From the IMG/VR virus record IMGVR_UViG_3300025030_001854, positions 32,001 through 96,000 of that record: DNA of 64,000 nt. The stretch is one strand, 5' to 3'. This stretch comes from a virus. Shown here one piece after another: positions 9,730 through 19,580 of this stretch. The translations under genes were made by a program, and so were the position numbers. Below the pieces are notes generated by a model. It was not told where the DNA came from. It did no database searches and saw only the letters and a list, made by a program, of their open reading frames with translations. Each line of letters opens with the position of its first letter. Position 1 is the first letter of the stretch.

Positions 9730-9948
9730 TTAAGCGGTTACTAATTGAGAATTCTTATATTCTTCTCCGCACTTATCACAAACAACAACTGGTTGAAATC
9801 CAATTTCTTCTCGGCCCGTGCCACTCAATAGGGCCGAAACCTTACGAATTGTCAATACTTGTTTAAAGTATCCATGTCCACACTTACACATAACTTGTGT
9901 CGTTTGAGACATAGGAATACTGCGAGGACTTAGGTCTGATGCGTTCAT
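9730..9948 (-). CDS. Zn-ribbon small protein
   Basis: CKCG...CDKCG. Confidence 0.6.
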   Translation of the reverse strand: MNASDLSPRSIPMSQTTQVMCKCGHGYFKQVLTIRKVSALLSGTGREEIGFQPVVVCDKCGEEYKNSQLVTA

Positions 9949-10139
9949 ATTTTTAATTTAAAAAGAAAATTCCGACTAAACAAAATAAAACACCAATACC
10001 TAAATAAGCAAATAGCTTACATAGCATTTTAAAGTTTTTGGCATTTGCTTGTTCTTCAACGTATAAATTATCCCAAGAGGTTTCTTCCTGTTTAAGGACA
10101 GGAGATTTAAGGTCAATTTCTTGATTTTCCATATAGGTT

Positions 10140-10168
10140 ATATTAAATTAGAGTTGCTGGTTTGTCAA
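10140..10168 (-). promoter_or_regulatory. sigma70-type promoter
   Basis: TTGACA-N17-TAATAT. Confidence 0.6.
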
Positions 10169-10176
10169 ACAAAAAT

Positions 10177-10253
10177 TGGTGTTCGCGGTTGGATTTGCAC
10201 CAACCTAATCTATCTACGATTACTTTTTTAGGAAAAAAGGTCGATACGCGAAC
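10177..10253 (-). tRNA. D-arm-less (rewired) tRNA-Arg(CCU)
   Basis: GUUCGCG-UAUCGAC-CUUUU-UUCCUAA-AAAAG-18 nt-GUUGG-UGCAAAU-CCAAC-CGCGAAC-A-CCA. Confidence 0.78.
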
Positions 10254-10865
10254 AAAAAATTATAAATTAACATCCATAATTGCTATCTTCTGGAGGAATA
10301 ATTAATGGTTCCAGTTTAAGGGTTTTCTTAAGAAGGTTCTTCTTAATAAGGACGCTTAAAGCTTTTGCTCTTAGATTAAATTCTCTTTGAGATTCTTTTC
10401 TTTTCTGACCTGCAAATTTTTTTGTTTTTCTTTCTTTTTTATTAAATTGACCTTGATGACCAATTCTCCATTTATCTCCAAGAGATTCTAATGGTTCACG
10501 ACAAATAGGACATAACCCATAACCCTTACGGCTATATTTATGCTTTTCGCAAACGTAATTTAAGTTTCTATTTCCAAACATACAATTTCATTTAATTAAT
10601 TTATATTTACTCTTAAGAAAATCAATACGAGTGGAATATTTAGAACTCTCAATAATTGGATTTCCTTCTATCTTCAGAAAGATATAACGGACTTCTGTTC
10701 TATCTTTATTTATAGCAACAATTTTAATGAAGGTATCTCCCCAATCTTTGTCTACTAATTCGTCACCAACAGAAATATTGGGACAACAGGATTTAGAAAT
10801 AATACTCTTTCCGTTAACAACAAAATTCCAAAATCTAGTAAAAATATTATTCATAATATATAAAT

Positions 10866-10943
10866 TGGTAGGATAGGAGGGATTCGAACCCTCATTAGTC
10901 CATTATGCACACATTGTTTAGAAGACAAGGCCATTACTATCCC
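10866..10943 (-). tRNA. D-arm-less (rewired) tRNA-Arg(UCU)
   Basis: GGGAUAG-UAAUGGC-CUUGU-CUUCUAA-ACAAU-19 nt-GAGGG-UUCGAAU-CCCUC-CUAUCCU-A-CCA. Confidence 0.8.
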
Positions 10944-11543
10944 ATTAAATTATTTAATTACTTTAAACTTTTATCGTCCTTTTCTGGGAGGATAAAAAAA
11001 TATAGAGCTTTTACAAACCTCACAGGTTTCTCTTGCGAAATCTCCATCTCTCTGGCATGACTCTATTTTCAGTTCCCGTTGAAAAGCTTCAAAACGAGAG
11101 AAACAATTAGGACAAGTACTAATCCAAATTTCTTCTGAAGGAGGATTGCCTCTAAAAACACATTTCATATTAAATTTTTTTCTCTATTTTCACCACCAAA
11201 AATTCTATATCTTTAGCAAAATGAAGAGTCTCCTGTTTATTTCTTCTCGCATCACGAATAGCTAATTTTTTATTTTTCCAGTTACTTGATTGAATATGCC
11301 AAGTAATAGGAAAATCTTCTCTGTTTCTCCAAAAAATTGTATAATTGATGGTAGATTTCATTTTAAATAATTCAGTTTTTTTTAATTTGATTTCGAGTTT
11401 TTAACACCCAGGCTGTCTCGACGATAGTATAACCATCTTGGTCACATACGCTATCCCATTCTCCAATAGATATAAGATAATCTTTCGCCTGTTGATAAGT
11501 TAGACCTTTTTCTTTTTCGAAGTCACTAATTTTCATTCAGAAA

Positions 11544-11619
11544 TGGAGTCCGCTATAGGAATCGCACCTATCAACCCTCGTTTTGCAGACGCGGTGTTTC
11601 ACTAGCCACACCAGCGGAC
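11544..11619 (-). tRNA. tRNA-Cys(GCA)
   Basis: GUCCGCU/AGCGGAC, U73, loop CU-GCA-AA, T-loop UGCGAUU, CCA. Confidence 0.88.
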
Positions 11620-12080
11620 ATTTTTATTCTTCATTAAAAGTCTTATCTTGGCATTCCTGGCAAAGGCCCGAAATCCTCGCCTCCTTACGGCTTAGAGTAT
11701 CTCGAAAAGGCCCATAAGGCTTTCGGCAGATTGGACAGACTTCTTTCCCGATGCTTTCCTGCCTATTTACACCAAAAATTTGGGTCAAAAGTTTATCAAT
11801 TGCTGGATTTTTCTCTGTCGGTTTCATAATATTCTTTAAATTAATTAGTTATTTTATCCGCCAAAGTTCTAAGAGCACCAGAAAGAGCAATTAAATCTTG
11901 CTTACGAACAGTATTAAGACAGAACGTAGATGCTACTGTTGAATCAGTTCGTTGCGTGACATCAAAAACCAAACTATGATAACAAAAATTTTTCATCTTG
12001 TTCTTCTTAAGAGTAAGAAAGACTACTGAATTATAGCTATTAATTACTACAGATACAGATTGTCGTTTCATAATCTTACT

Positions 12081-12374
12081 TTACTCCTGTTTTGGCTGCT
12101 CGTCAAGCCATTTTGCAATCACATCACAATGACACGACACTTCTTTATCGGCACGTTTACAATAACAGCCTAATTTTTCATCTTTTAAAGTTAAAACTAA
12201 ATCATAAAACCTTTTATCTTTAAGACAAAAATTAAACCATTTAGCAAATTTATTAATAACTTCTTCTCTTGTCCCATCTCTACCGATTTCAAAAGGATTA
12301 CCAAATATAGAACCCCTTCCACAGTACTCATAAGGAGTTTCTGAATAAGCTCTTATATTAATTACTTTTGTCAT
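12081..12374 (-). CDS. DUF4326-like protein
   Basis: YCGRGSIFGNPF...LGCYC...CHCDVI. Confidence 0.8.
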   Translation of the reverse strand: MTKVINIRAYSETPYEYCGRGSIFGNPFEIGRDGTREEVINKFAKWFNFCLKDKRFYDLVLTLKDEKLGCYCKRADKEVSCHCDVIAKWLDEQPKQE

Positions 12375-12381
12375 ATATATT

Positions 12382-12464
12382 TGCAAACGGGGAGATTTGC
12401 ACTCCCACGCTTTTTAAAGCCTAAGATTCTCGGTCTTAGATGTCTGCTCTTTCATCACGTTTGC
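12382..12464 (-). tRNA. tRNA-Leu(GAG)
   Basis: GCAAACG/CGUUUGC, loop CC-GAG-AA (C33), variable arm, T-loop UGCAAAU; CCA not encoded. Confidence 0.85.
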
Positions 12465-12923
12465 TCTATTTCTTACTCCATAATTAGAGGTTTGAGCATG
12501 ACAATTACAGCATAAAAGTTGAATATTGAATAATCTATTATCCTTATTATCTCCATTGATATGATGTAATTCCAAAGGAATATATAATGTATTCCATTTA
12601 ACCCGACCACATTTTTCGCATTGATGTTTTTTTAAACCCTCTTGAATCAATCTTTTTTTTAAACAATGACTACTAATTTTTATGCAATCTTTTACAAGAA
12701 AATATTCAATGGGTTTTCTGGTTGGAGCCCTTTTACCTCTCCAGATAGCTTGACCCAAAAAATGAGGTGCTTTTATTAAAAACTCTTCGGCCCTTTCTTT
12801 TATTCTTAAATAATTATGACTGTCTGGATACAATCCCAATTTAATACATACACTTCTCCAAGATTCTGAATTTTGAATCACAATATTTAATGTTTGAAAA
12901 TCAATTTGTTTTATCTTACCCAT
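12414..12923 (-). CDS. HNH homing endonuclease
   Basis: CEKC...LELHHINGDNKDNRLFNIQLLCCNCH; 3' end overlaps tRNA-Leu(GAG). Confidence 0.88.
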   Translation of the reverse strand: MGKIKQIDFQTLNIVIQNSESWRSVCIKLGLYPDSHNYLRIKERAEEFLIKAPHFLGQAIWRGKRAPTRKPIEYFLVKDCIKISSHCLKKRLIQEGLKKHQCEKCGRVKWNTLYIPLELHHINGDNKDNRLFNIQLLCCNCHAQTSNYGVRNRANVMKEQTSKTENLRL

Positions 12924-12980
12924 ACTGTCTAATAGTTACACGAAACAGTATGAATTGGGAATTTTCCCTATCTAAAAATT

Positions 12981-13071
12981 TGCGGGGTCTGAGATTTGAA
13001 CCTCAGTCCAGAGTGACAAGCTCTCTTGTATACCCTACTCGCCTTTCGGTTCTTCAGGGCCGCTCCCCCGC
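12981..13071 (-). ncRNA. tRNA-like RNA without an anticodon arm
   Basis: Acceptor GCGGGG/CCCCGC-A, T-arm CUGAG-GUUCAAAU-CUCAG, two internal hairpins (GCCCU..CC-GAAA-GG..AGGGU; ACAAG-AGAG-CUUGU). Confidence 0.6.
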
Positions 13072-13072
13072 G

Positions 13073-13474
13073 TCAGTAACCTCGGTAACAAACCGTTAAG
13101 TGTAACGGCCATTTTAAATCAGGTTTTAATCCTAATTCAGTTCTTATATGTTGAATAAAAGGACATTCCACTAATAACCAAAAATACTCTCCTAAAAAGA
13201 AATATTCATGGTCAGTCTTAATATCAGAGAAATATTTAAATTCAATTACTTTTCCTTCATATTTACCCCATAAAGGATGTTGATTAATTCCCCTTTCGTG
13301 TTTTCCAGGAAGAATCGTAACGTGGCTTCCGTGGTAAGAGGTAGAAGTTTTCTTGCCGATAAATCTTTCTACCCAAAATCTATAGTAATTAGCAATAGAA
13401 TGAGGACATTCTAAAATTATCCAATCATTCTTATATCTAATAACGCCTTTGGCGAAATAAAATTTTTCTTTCAT
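13073..13474 (-). CDS. 2H phosphoesterase family protein
   Basis: Two HxT motifs: SHVTI and LHLTV. Confidence 0.7.
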   Translation of the reverse strand: MKEKFYFAKGVIRYKNDWIILECPHSIANYYRFWVERFIGKKTSTSYHGSHVTILPGKHERGINQHPLWGKYEGKVIEFKYFSDIKTDHEYFFLGEYFWLLVECPFIQHIRTELGLKPDLKWPLHLTVCYRGY

Positions 13475-13723
13475 AATTCAATCCTTTCTGTTTTTTTCAC
13501 CAGATAAGTGAACGGTTCTACACTAAAACGTATTTGTTTTGTCGTCAAGGACTTTCCAAAACTAACGGCCCTATCACTTCACGACAATCATTAGATAATC
13601 TTAATTCTTTTATTCTTTTTAAACACTCTTTTTTAAAAGAAAATCTTTCAAACCGAACATCCCAATGTCCTTCCATTTGATTATACTCAAAATATTCTTC
13701 GTAAATAATAAAATACATAAATT

Positions 13724-13798
13724 TGGTAGTCCCGAACGGTCTTGCGCCGATACTTGCGAATTTTTGAAATTCGTGCCTCTGCTTTGGGCTACGGGACC
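13724..13798 (-). tRNA. tRNA-Leu(CAA), short variable loop
   Basis: Loop UU-CAA-AA, T-loop CGCAAGA, A73-CCA. Confidence 0.85.
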
Positions 13799-14451
13799 AT
13801 TTAATCTAAATTTTCTGGTTTAACTGGCCAACCAATACTTAAAAAGGATTCTAATTGCTCTCCCGCATTATATTTCCACTTAGGAGGTTCATCACAAATA
13901 GCGGAACAAAAATCCATTAATTGATACGCTGGAAGAGAAACTATTTGATGGATATCACTACCTAAAACTTTAGCCCCAATCTTATAAGCTATTTTTTCGG
14001 CGTCTTCTAAAGATTGAGCGGGCAAATGGAAAGCATATTTCCGATTTTCAATATCATATTCAAGTAAATACAATTTCACCATATTAATTTTTTAATTCAA
14101 ATTCAAGTTTAGTTAAAGTTTTCAAATTTAAATCTTTTTTCTTACATTCTTCACATCCATTTTTAACAAAGATTTCTGTTTTGTCTTTTGATGGACAACG
14201 GCATTGTTCTAACACTTTACCGCAACTACATTTTTTTATATAATGCATAGAGATTATTTTCCAATTGGCATAAACTCAATCACAAAATCTGTATAATCAT
14301 CAGGCAATAGCAAAATATTTCCATTGGATGTTACAATTGATTTACCAGAACGAGGATTTGCCCATGTTCCACCACCCTCACGAACAAAACAGTAAGTGTT
14401 ATCTACTTTAACTACAGAACCAATAGGTAAAGCTAAAATATTTTTCATAAA

Positions 14452-14528
14452 TGGTGAGATTAGAGGGCATTGCACCCTCGTTTACTGCTTGAGAAACAGT
14501 AGTCCTATTCTTCTTAGACGATAATCTC
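14452..14528 (-). tRNA. tRNA-Glu(CUC)
   Basis: GAGAUUA/UAAUCUC, loop UU-CUC-AA, T-loop UGCAAUG, CCA. Confidence 0.88.
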
Positions 14529-14873
14529 ATTTTAAGAACTACATACTAAACTACTAATTTTAGCTATAACAGCGGCATCAATATAGTCTGTATACTTTGA
14601 TGTTATAGTTGTATAAAAACAATCGCTATTATCTATTTTTAGTATTCCGGTGCTGTCAATTGGCGGTAATGGGCTTCCGACAATAGTATTTTGGGTTAAA
14701 GTATTTAAACGATTTAACTCTACTTTTTCAGCTTCTCCACTACTTACCCATAGACTAAAAAGCGAAAAACACTCAGGACAAACATTCAAAACTTCTTCTT
14801 TGGGTTTTTTAAGTTGAATAGCTTCGTTTTCGTTTTCTATTCTTGATTGGCAAAAAAAGCATTCCATAGTTAA

Positions 14874-14902
14874 AGATTAACCTGGAGTTGTTTGATTGTC
14901 AA
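14874..14902 (-). promoter_or_regulatory. sigma70-type promoter
   Basis: TTGACA-N17-TAATCT. Confidence 0.55.
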
Positions 14903-14908
14903 GAAAAT

Positions 14909-14979
14909 TGGTGGCAGGCTGGGGATTCGCACCCCACCGAATTCCTTATGAGAGAACTCTGGCCGCTAGACCGCTTGCC
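14909..14979 (-). tRNA. tRNA with CAU anticodon (Met or Ile2)
   Basis: Loop CU-CAU-AA, short D-arm, T-loop UGCGAAU, A73-CCA. Confidence 0.8.
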
Positions 14980-15098
14980 AAAAATAAGTGTAATATATTG
15001 TGAATTGAGATTTGAAATAGCTATAATTTTTAGCCTCCTTATGTGCCCCTTGGAAGGGAGCTTCTGGTTTCCAGTCTCAATTCACCATAAGGACGGCT

Positions 15099-15626
15099 AT
15101 GATTAATAATATGAAAAAATGTTCTAAATGTCAGCAATTAAAAAATAAATCTTTTTTTTGTAAAAATAAACGAGCAAAAGATGGACTTTTTTCCCACTGT
15201 AGAGACTGCCGAATAATTTATTATAAATCAATAACTACTATTAAAAAAGAAAAAATTAAAATTCGTCATAATATTCGAATGAACGAACGATTTGATAATC
15301 CAATAGAAGTAAGAAAAATTCGTTTAAAAACCTTATTAATTATATCAAGATATAGAGCTAAAAAAAGAAATTTACCATTCGATTTAGATAAAGACTGGCT
15401 AGATAAAAATACCCCCGATACTTGTCCAGCTTTAGGTATTCCTCTTATTTTTAATCCTAGATATGGAAACCATTCTTTTAATTGCCCATCAATAGATAGA
15501 ATAGATAACTCAAAAGGATATACTAAAGATAATTGTGTTGTTGTATCAAAAAAAGCTAATACTATTAAAAATATGTCTACTATATCCGAATTAAAAATGG
15601 TCGCTGATTTTTATTCCAAATTTTGA
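15099..15626 (+). CDS. HNH-like homing endonuclease, antisense to the array
   Basis: N-terminal CSKC..CRDC; CPALGIPL..PSIDRIDNSKGYTKDN. Confidence 0.85.
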   Translation: MINNMKKCSKCQQLKNKSFFCKNKRAKDGLFSHCRDCRIIYYKSITTIKKEKIKIRHNIRMNERFDNPIEVRKIRLKTLLIISRYRAKKRNLPFDLDKDWLDKNTPDTCPALGIPLIFNPRYGNHSFNCPSIDRIDNSKGYTKDNCVVVSKKANTIKNMSTISELKMVADFYSKF

Positions 15627-15948
15627 AGATTATTTATATCTTTTTCTTAAAAAGTTTAATAGACAACGTTCATCGCAAAAATTATATTGCTTGGTTTCCC
15701 CAGTGTCAATACCTGTTTCTAATGTAGCATCAATAGCTGGATTGGGTTTTTCTCCCTGTTCTTTTGTTTTCTTGGGTTTTGACGAATCAATAGACATTTT
15801 ACATTCGTCGCATTGAATTACCTTTTTCGCTATAACAGAAGGAATATCTAATAACCAAATTCCCTGCTTTTTAAATGTTTCGTCTATTAATGGCATATAT
15901 TGTCTATTACACAAAAAAACGTGTAATTTATATTAACCTTAAAATTTT

Positions 15949-16197
15949 ATGCCAGAAATTACTTTTACAATCACCCAAAATCGTTTTGATAAGATTCAAA
16001 ATGCAATGACATCTTACGCCGAATATAATCCTTTAGACCCAGCGGTAGACGAAAATGACTTTGCCAAAAAGGCTTTTTTGGCTATGCTGCAAGTTTATTT
16101 AAATAGGCATCGCCAAACCCGTATTGAAACGGTTAAAACTCAACTTTCTGAATGCTCAGATGCTACCTGGACTCAAATCACTGGTATTTTAGGATAA
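15949..16197 (+). CDS. hypothetical protein
   Basis: 82-aa ORF preceded by the GTGTAA motif. Confidence 0.55.
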   Translation: MPEITFTITQNRFDKIQNAMTSYAEYNPLDPAVDENDFAKKAFLAMLQVYLNRHRQTRIETVKTQLSECSDATWTQITGILG

Positions 16198-16308
16198 TAC
16201 CATACTATAACTAACGGGGGGAACATTTAATTTAATGTCCTTTTGCTGGGAAGACGCACATCCAGATAATAAAACAATTACAACTAATAGTATTAATAAT
16301 TTCATATT

Positions 16309-16845
16309 TTAAAATTTAATAAAATAACAAGACTCTATCTCTTCTTTGGTGAGAATTACTATCTTACAAGTTTGGGGCTCGTAAAAGCCTATTTTTACTT
16401 TTTCTTGTTCTCTATATAAAAAAATATTTATAGCATGTCCCTGCAATTCTTTAGTCTCATAAAGAAACTCCCCAAAAGATAAAGCCGTATTTTTTAATTT
16501 ATTAGGAGTATTATGGTGAAGATATTGGGCAAAAAAAGCAGAAAATCTTGCGAAATCATCACAATCATTTTCTTCAGCAGTCCAATTAGAACTTGCTAAT
16601 TGTTGTTTAAAACTAAAAAATGAGTCAGAAAAAGCTCCAGCCACCCAATTTTTACTTGGAACAGCGTAATTTCTGTCAGAATACATTGATAGAGAAGGAA
16701 TAATACCATTAGTGGCAAGATGAATTCTAATTTCTTGTCCAGTCATCTTAAACGTCGAAACTGGATGATTATCTTGTTTTGAACAACCAAATAGTAATAA
16801 AACACTTAAAATTATAACCGCTAATATACTCTTACCGATATTCAT
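16309..16845 (-). CDS. lipoprotein with papain/transglutaminase-like Cys-His motifs
   Basis: Lipobox LLFGC; DCDDFA and GHAIN. Confidence 0.6.
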   Translation of the reverse strand: MNIGKSILAVIILSVLLLFGCSKQDNHPVSTFKMTGQEIRIHLATNGIIPSLSMYSDRNYAVPSKNWVAGAFSDSFFSFKQQLASSNWTAEENDCDDFARFSAFFAQYLHHNTPNKLKNTALSFGEFLYETKELQGHAINIFLYREQEKVKIGFYEPQTCKIVILTKEEIESCYFIKF

Positions 16846-16859
16846 GACTATATTTACAC

Positions 16860-16883
16860 AAAAAAGCCAGCTAAAAAGCTGGC
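16860..16883 (-). terminator. intrinsic terminator
   Basis: AGCCAGC-TTTTTA-GCTGGCT followed by a T run. Confidence 0.7.
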
Positions 16884-17105
16884 TCGTGTTTAATATTCAA
16901 ACTTAATTTTCAGGTTTTATCCCCCAGTTCGTTTTGAGAAGTTCATTTTCAATTACTTGGAAATCCAATGTCTCTCCACCAACTAGCATTGGATGAATGT
17001 AAATGTTTGGATGACCATTTTCATCTATATGAGAAACCCTAATGGAATGGTCTATTACATTATTTTTGTAATTTATTTTTAAATAATCTTCGAGGTTCAT
17101 AAAAA

Positions 17106-18110
17106 TTATTTTAATACAATAAGTAAAGTTCCTGGCACAAGATTTCTGTTCACAGAAGTACTTTGTATAAAGATATTATACTTATCATGACTTGCTGGCG
17201 AGACTTTAACCTCGTAGTCTGGTAAACCAAGAAGTTGCCGAGCGTTAGCTCCAGAATAGACTTTACCAGTTGTCTTTTCCTGAACTAGAATTTGTTTATA
17301 ATTTTGAACGCTTTCAGGTTTAGTAAGCTGAAAATAAGCAGAACCCTTTCGATAGGGTCGAGAAGTCCAACTTTCTACAAACGGCTGAATAACCGCTTTC
17401 CTCTGAACAGGGAAAACCTCAAAATCATTTATAGGTAATTCATCGAGAGTCACTTTTACAGCTTTCGTATTTAAAGTATTAGTATTTAATTGGAAAAGAC
17501 TCTTTGTGGAACGAATACCTTGGGAACGACCCAACATATAATTATCAGTTGCAGTCCTAATAACTTCTCCTACTTTAGTAACTCCATCAGAAGTAGTAGA
17601 CCAAATTTGAGTGTTCTCCAATGGGAATCCATAAGAAGTAGCATATCTTCGTCCCGAAGGGTCAGGAACTAAACACGCGAAAGTCCAATTATCCTTAGAC
17701 GTTTCAATCATTAATTTAAGCTTTTCGGGAGAATTTTTGCTACTATTTTCTTGACCATCAGTTAAAACATAAACTAAAAATGCATGGTCGGCATAGATTT
17801 CAGGAGTAAGACTTAAATCATCTGAAGCTTTAATTGTGGCATCAATAAGCGCCGTATTACCTGTTGCCAAATAATGCTTGGCGATACTTGGTAATCTCAT
17901 AACATCCATGTCATAAAGAAGGCAAGTGATGTCCTGATTAAACAAATAAACAGAAACTCTCGTTTCCTGATTCATCTCTTTGGAACGAGTCGCAAGGTGA
18001 GAAATTTGTTCATCGAATACCTTAACTACTTCACGAGAAAGTCCTCTCATAGAACCACTCTTATCAATGACAAATACAATATGATTAATATAATTTTGAA
18101 TTAAACTCAT
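17106..18110 (-). CDS. von Willebrand factor A domain protein
   Basis: MIDAS DKSGS, TALIDA, LTDGQENSS. Confidence 0.85.
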   Translation of the reverse strand: MSLIQNYINHIVFVIDKSGSMRGLSREVVKVFDEQISHLATRSKEMNQETRVSVYLFNQDITCLLYDMDVMRLPSIAKHYLATGNTALIDATIKASDDLSLTPEIYADHAFLVYVLTDGQENSSKNSPEKLKLMIETSKDNWTFACLVPDPSGRRYATSYGFPLENTQIWSTTSDGVTKVGEVIRTATDNYMLGRSQGIRSTKSLFQLNTNTLNTKAVKVTLDELPINDFEVFPVQRKAVIQPFVESWTSRPYRKGSAYFQLTKPESVQNYKQILVQEKTTGKVYSGANARQLLGLPDYEVKVSPASHDKYNIFIQSTSVNRNLVPGTLLIVLK

Positions 18111-18122
18111 GACTTATGATAT

Positions 18123-18162
18123 GTAAAATTTTCCAAAAAATCAAGTAAAATTTTCCAAAAAA
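18123..18162. repeat. tandem direct repeat GTAAAATTTTCCAAAAAA x2
   Basis: Two 18-nt copies between tRNA-Lys(CUU) and the vWA start. Confidence 0.6.
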
Positions 18163-18163
18163 T

Positions 18164-18238
18164 TGGTGGGTTGACGGGGAATCGCACCCCGTTCCGAGAC
18201 TTTAAGAGAGTCCGCTTCACTATCAAAGTTTTCAACCC
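18164..18238 (-). tRNA. tRNA-Lys(CUU)
   Basis: GGGUUGA/UCAACCC, loop CU-CUU-AA, T-loop UGCGAUU, CCA. Confidence 0.88.
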
Positions 18239-18310
18239 ATAATTACTAAAAAGGTGGCCGGGCTAGCTCGTCATTATTACAGACGCCGACCATAAATTAA
18301 TTTTAATAAA

Positions 18311-18496
18311 TTGCGGGTGAGATTTTACTCACAACAGTTTTCAGGGCTGGTTAGGCTATATACTGCACCCAAACAGTTACGTCACACAATTCATAAAACC
18401 ATTCCTCATAACCAATTAAGGAACACGTTTGTATGCACCATGGCTCTCTTTCAGACCATGCCATAACTATCTGTCCATCTAATTCTGGCACCGCAA
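18311..18496 (-). ncRNA. ~185-nt RNA closed by a tRNA-like acceptor and T-arm
   Basis: UUGCGG/CCGCAA closure; GUGAG-UAAAAU-CUCAC arm at the 3' end; internal hairpins CAUGGUCU-GAAA.., UUCCUUA..UGAGGAA. Confidence 0.55.
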
Positions 18497-18514
18497 AATT
18501 ATTTAATCCAATAA

Positions 18515-18799
18515 TTAAAAATCTTTATCTACGACAGCAATCTTTAGTTTATTGCCAGTAGCCATTTTCACTAAATCATTAACGGTCTTTAATAAATTAT
18601 TTAAATCTTTATCGTCTTTAATTAGCTGGGTCACCCAACCCTCTCCGGTTGGTAACTCGCACCATACAAAACAAGCCCCTTTTTGTTCTCCAGCAAACTT
18701 TAAGATTCCACTTTTCTCTATTAATTCAATCATTTCTGATTGGACATCTGGAAGTTTATCTGTGTTAACTAATTTTTTGTCGATGGTTGTGATTTTCAT
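18515..18799 (-). CDS. hypothetical protein (possible paralog of 33067..33369)
   Basis: VNTDKLPDVQSE resembles VDVNQLTDRDAE. Confidence 0.5.
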   Translation of the reverse strand: MKITTIDKKLVNTDKLPDVQSEMIELIEKSGILKFAGEQKGACFVWCELPTGEGWVTQLIKDDKDLNNLLKTVNDLVKMATGNKLKIAVVDKDF

Positions 18800-18801
18800 A
18801 A

Positions 18802-18987
18802 TTAAATATGAATACTATTTAAATAAGACCAAAGCCCACTTACCTTAATTAGCCACAGAACTAGCAAAACAACAGTCGCTATATTAAGGATTTTCTTAAT
18901 CTTTCCGTCCATTGGAACATACAAATTAATTGCATACAGGGCCATTCCAATCAAAACTATAACCAACATAACTATAAATAATGACAT
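18802..18987 (-). CDS. small two-TM membrane protein (Thivi_2564-like)
   Basis: LYAINLYVPMDGKIKKILNI; start moved to MSLFIV because the upstream part lies in a tRNA. Confidence 0.6.
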   Translation of the reverse strand: MSLFIVMLVIVLIGMALYAINLYVPMDGKIKKILNIATVVLLVLWLIKVSGLWSYLNSIHI

Positions 18988-18991
18988 AAAT

Positions 18992-19065
18992 TGGTGGGAC
19001 TCCACGGTATCTCGCCGTGTTCTCAAGGTTAAAAGCCTTTTGCATCAATTTAATGCTTGAATCCC
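18992..19065 (-). tRNA. tRNA-Lys(UUU) copy 1
   Basis: Loop CU-UUU-AA, D-loop UAAAUUG, T-loop CGAGAUA, CCA. Confidence 0.85.
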
Positions 19066-19112
19066 ATTTTGTTTTAATCTCTCTTGTGTAGATTAAAAGT
19101 GTAAACACATAT

Positions 19113-19580
19113 ATGAAAGAACAAATTCTTAAACTCAGAGCTGAAGGTAAATCTTACGACCAAATTGTTTCGTTACTTGGATGTTCTTCTGCTACTGTTT
19201 GGTATCATTGTAACCCAACCGCAAAAAAAGAACGAGCCCGCCTCAATAGATTAAAAGATAAACTTTGGCATAAAAAAATTAAAATTATTTTTGGTGGTAA
19301 ATGTCAATCTTGCGGTTATCATCGCTGTCTTTCCGCTTTAGATTTCCATCACTATAATAACGATAAAACATATTCGGTCATGAATATTATTCGTATTTCA
19401 AAAGGTAAAGCAATACAAGAAGCAATGAAATGTATTCTTCTTTGTTCTAATTGTCATCGAGAAGTTCATAATAAAATGTTAGATATTAGTCATTTAGTCC
19501 CAAACATTCCTACTCAAGGACTTGGGAAAAGCGGACGACCATCAAAACTTATAGTAATGGCTAAAACCTTCAACCCATAA
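19113..19580 (+). CDS. HTH-HNH endonuclease, antisense to the array
   Basis: N-terminal HTH; CQSCGY..ALDFHH..KCILLCSNCHREVH. Confidence 0.88.
   Translation: MKEQILKLRAEGKSYDQIVSLLGCSSATVWYHCNPTAKKERARLNRLKDKLWHKKIKIIFGGKCQSCGYHRCLSALDFHHYNNDKTYSVMNIIRISKGKAIQEAMKCILLCSNCHREVHNKMLDISHLVPNIPTQGLGKSGRPSKLIVMAKTFNP

Noticed and set aside
10177-10253. Amber suppressor tRNA (CUA) implying a recoded genome
   Set aside because: With the 5-bp CUUUU/AAAAG stem the 7-nt loop is UU-CCU-AA (Arg). Long genes are intact in the standard code, so there is no evidence of stop-codon reassignment.
13030-13060. Hammerhead ribozyme (CUGAAGA..CCGAAAGG)
   Set aside because: Stem II is followed by CGAG rather than GAAA and there is no stem III or cleavage triplet.
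15031-15099. SRP RNA
   Set aside because: Lacks the CAGG..GGAA..AGCAG symmetric-loop consensus.
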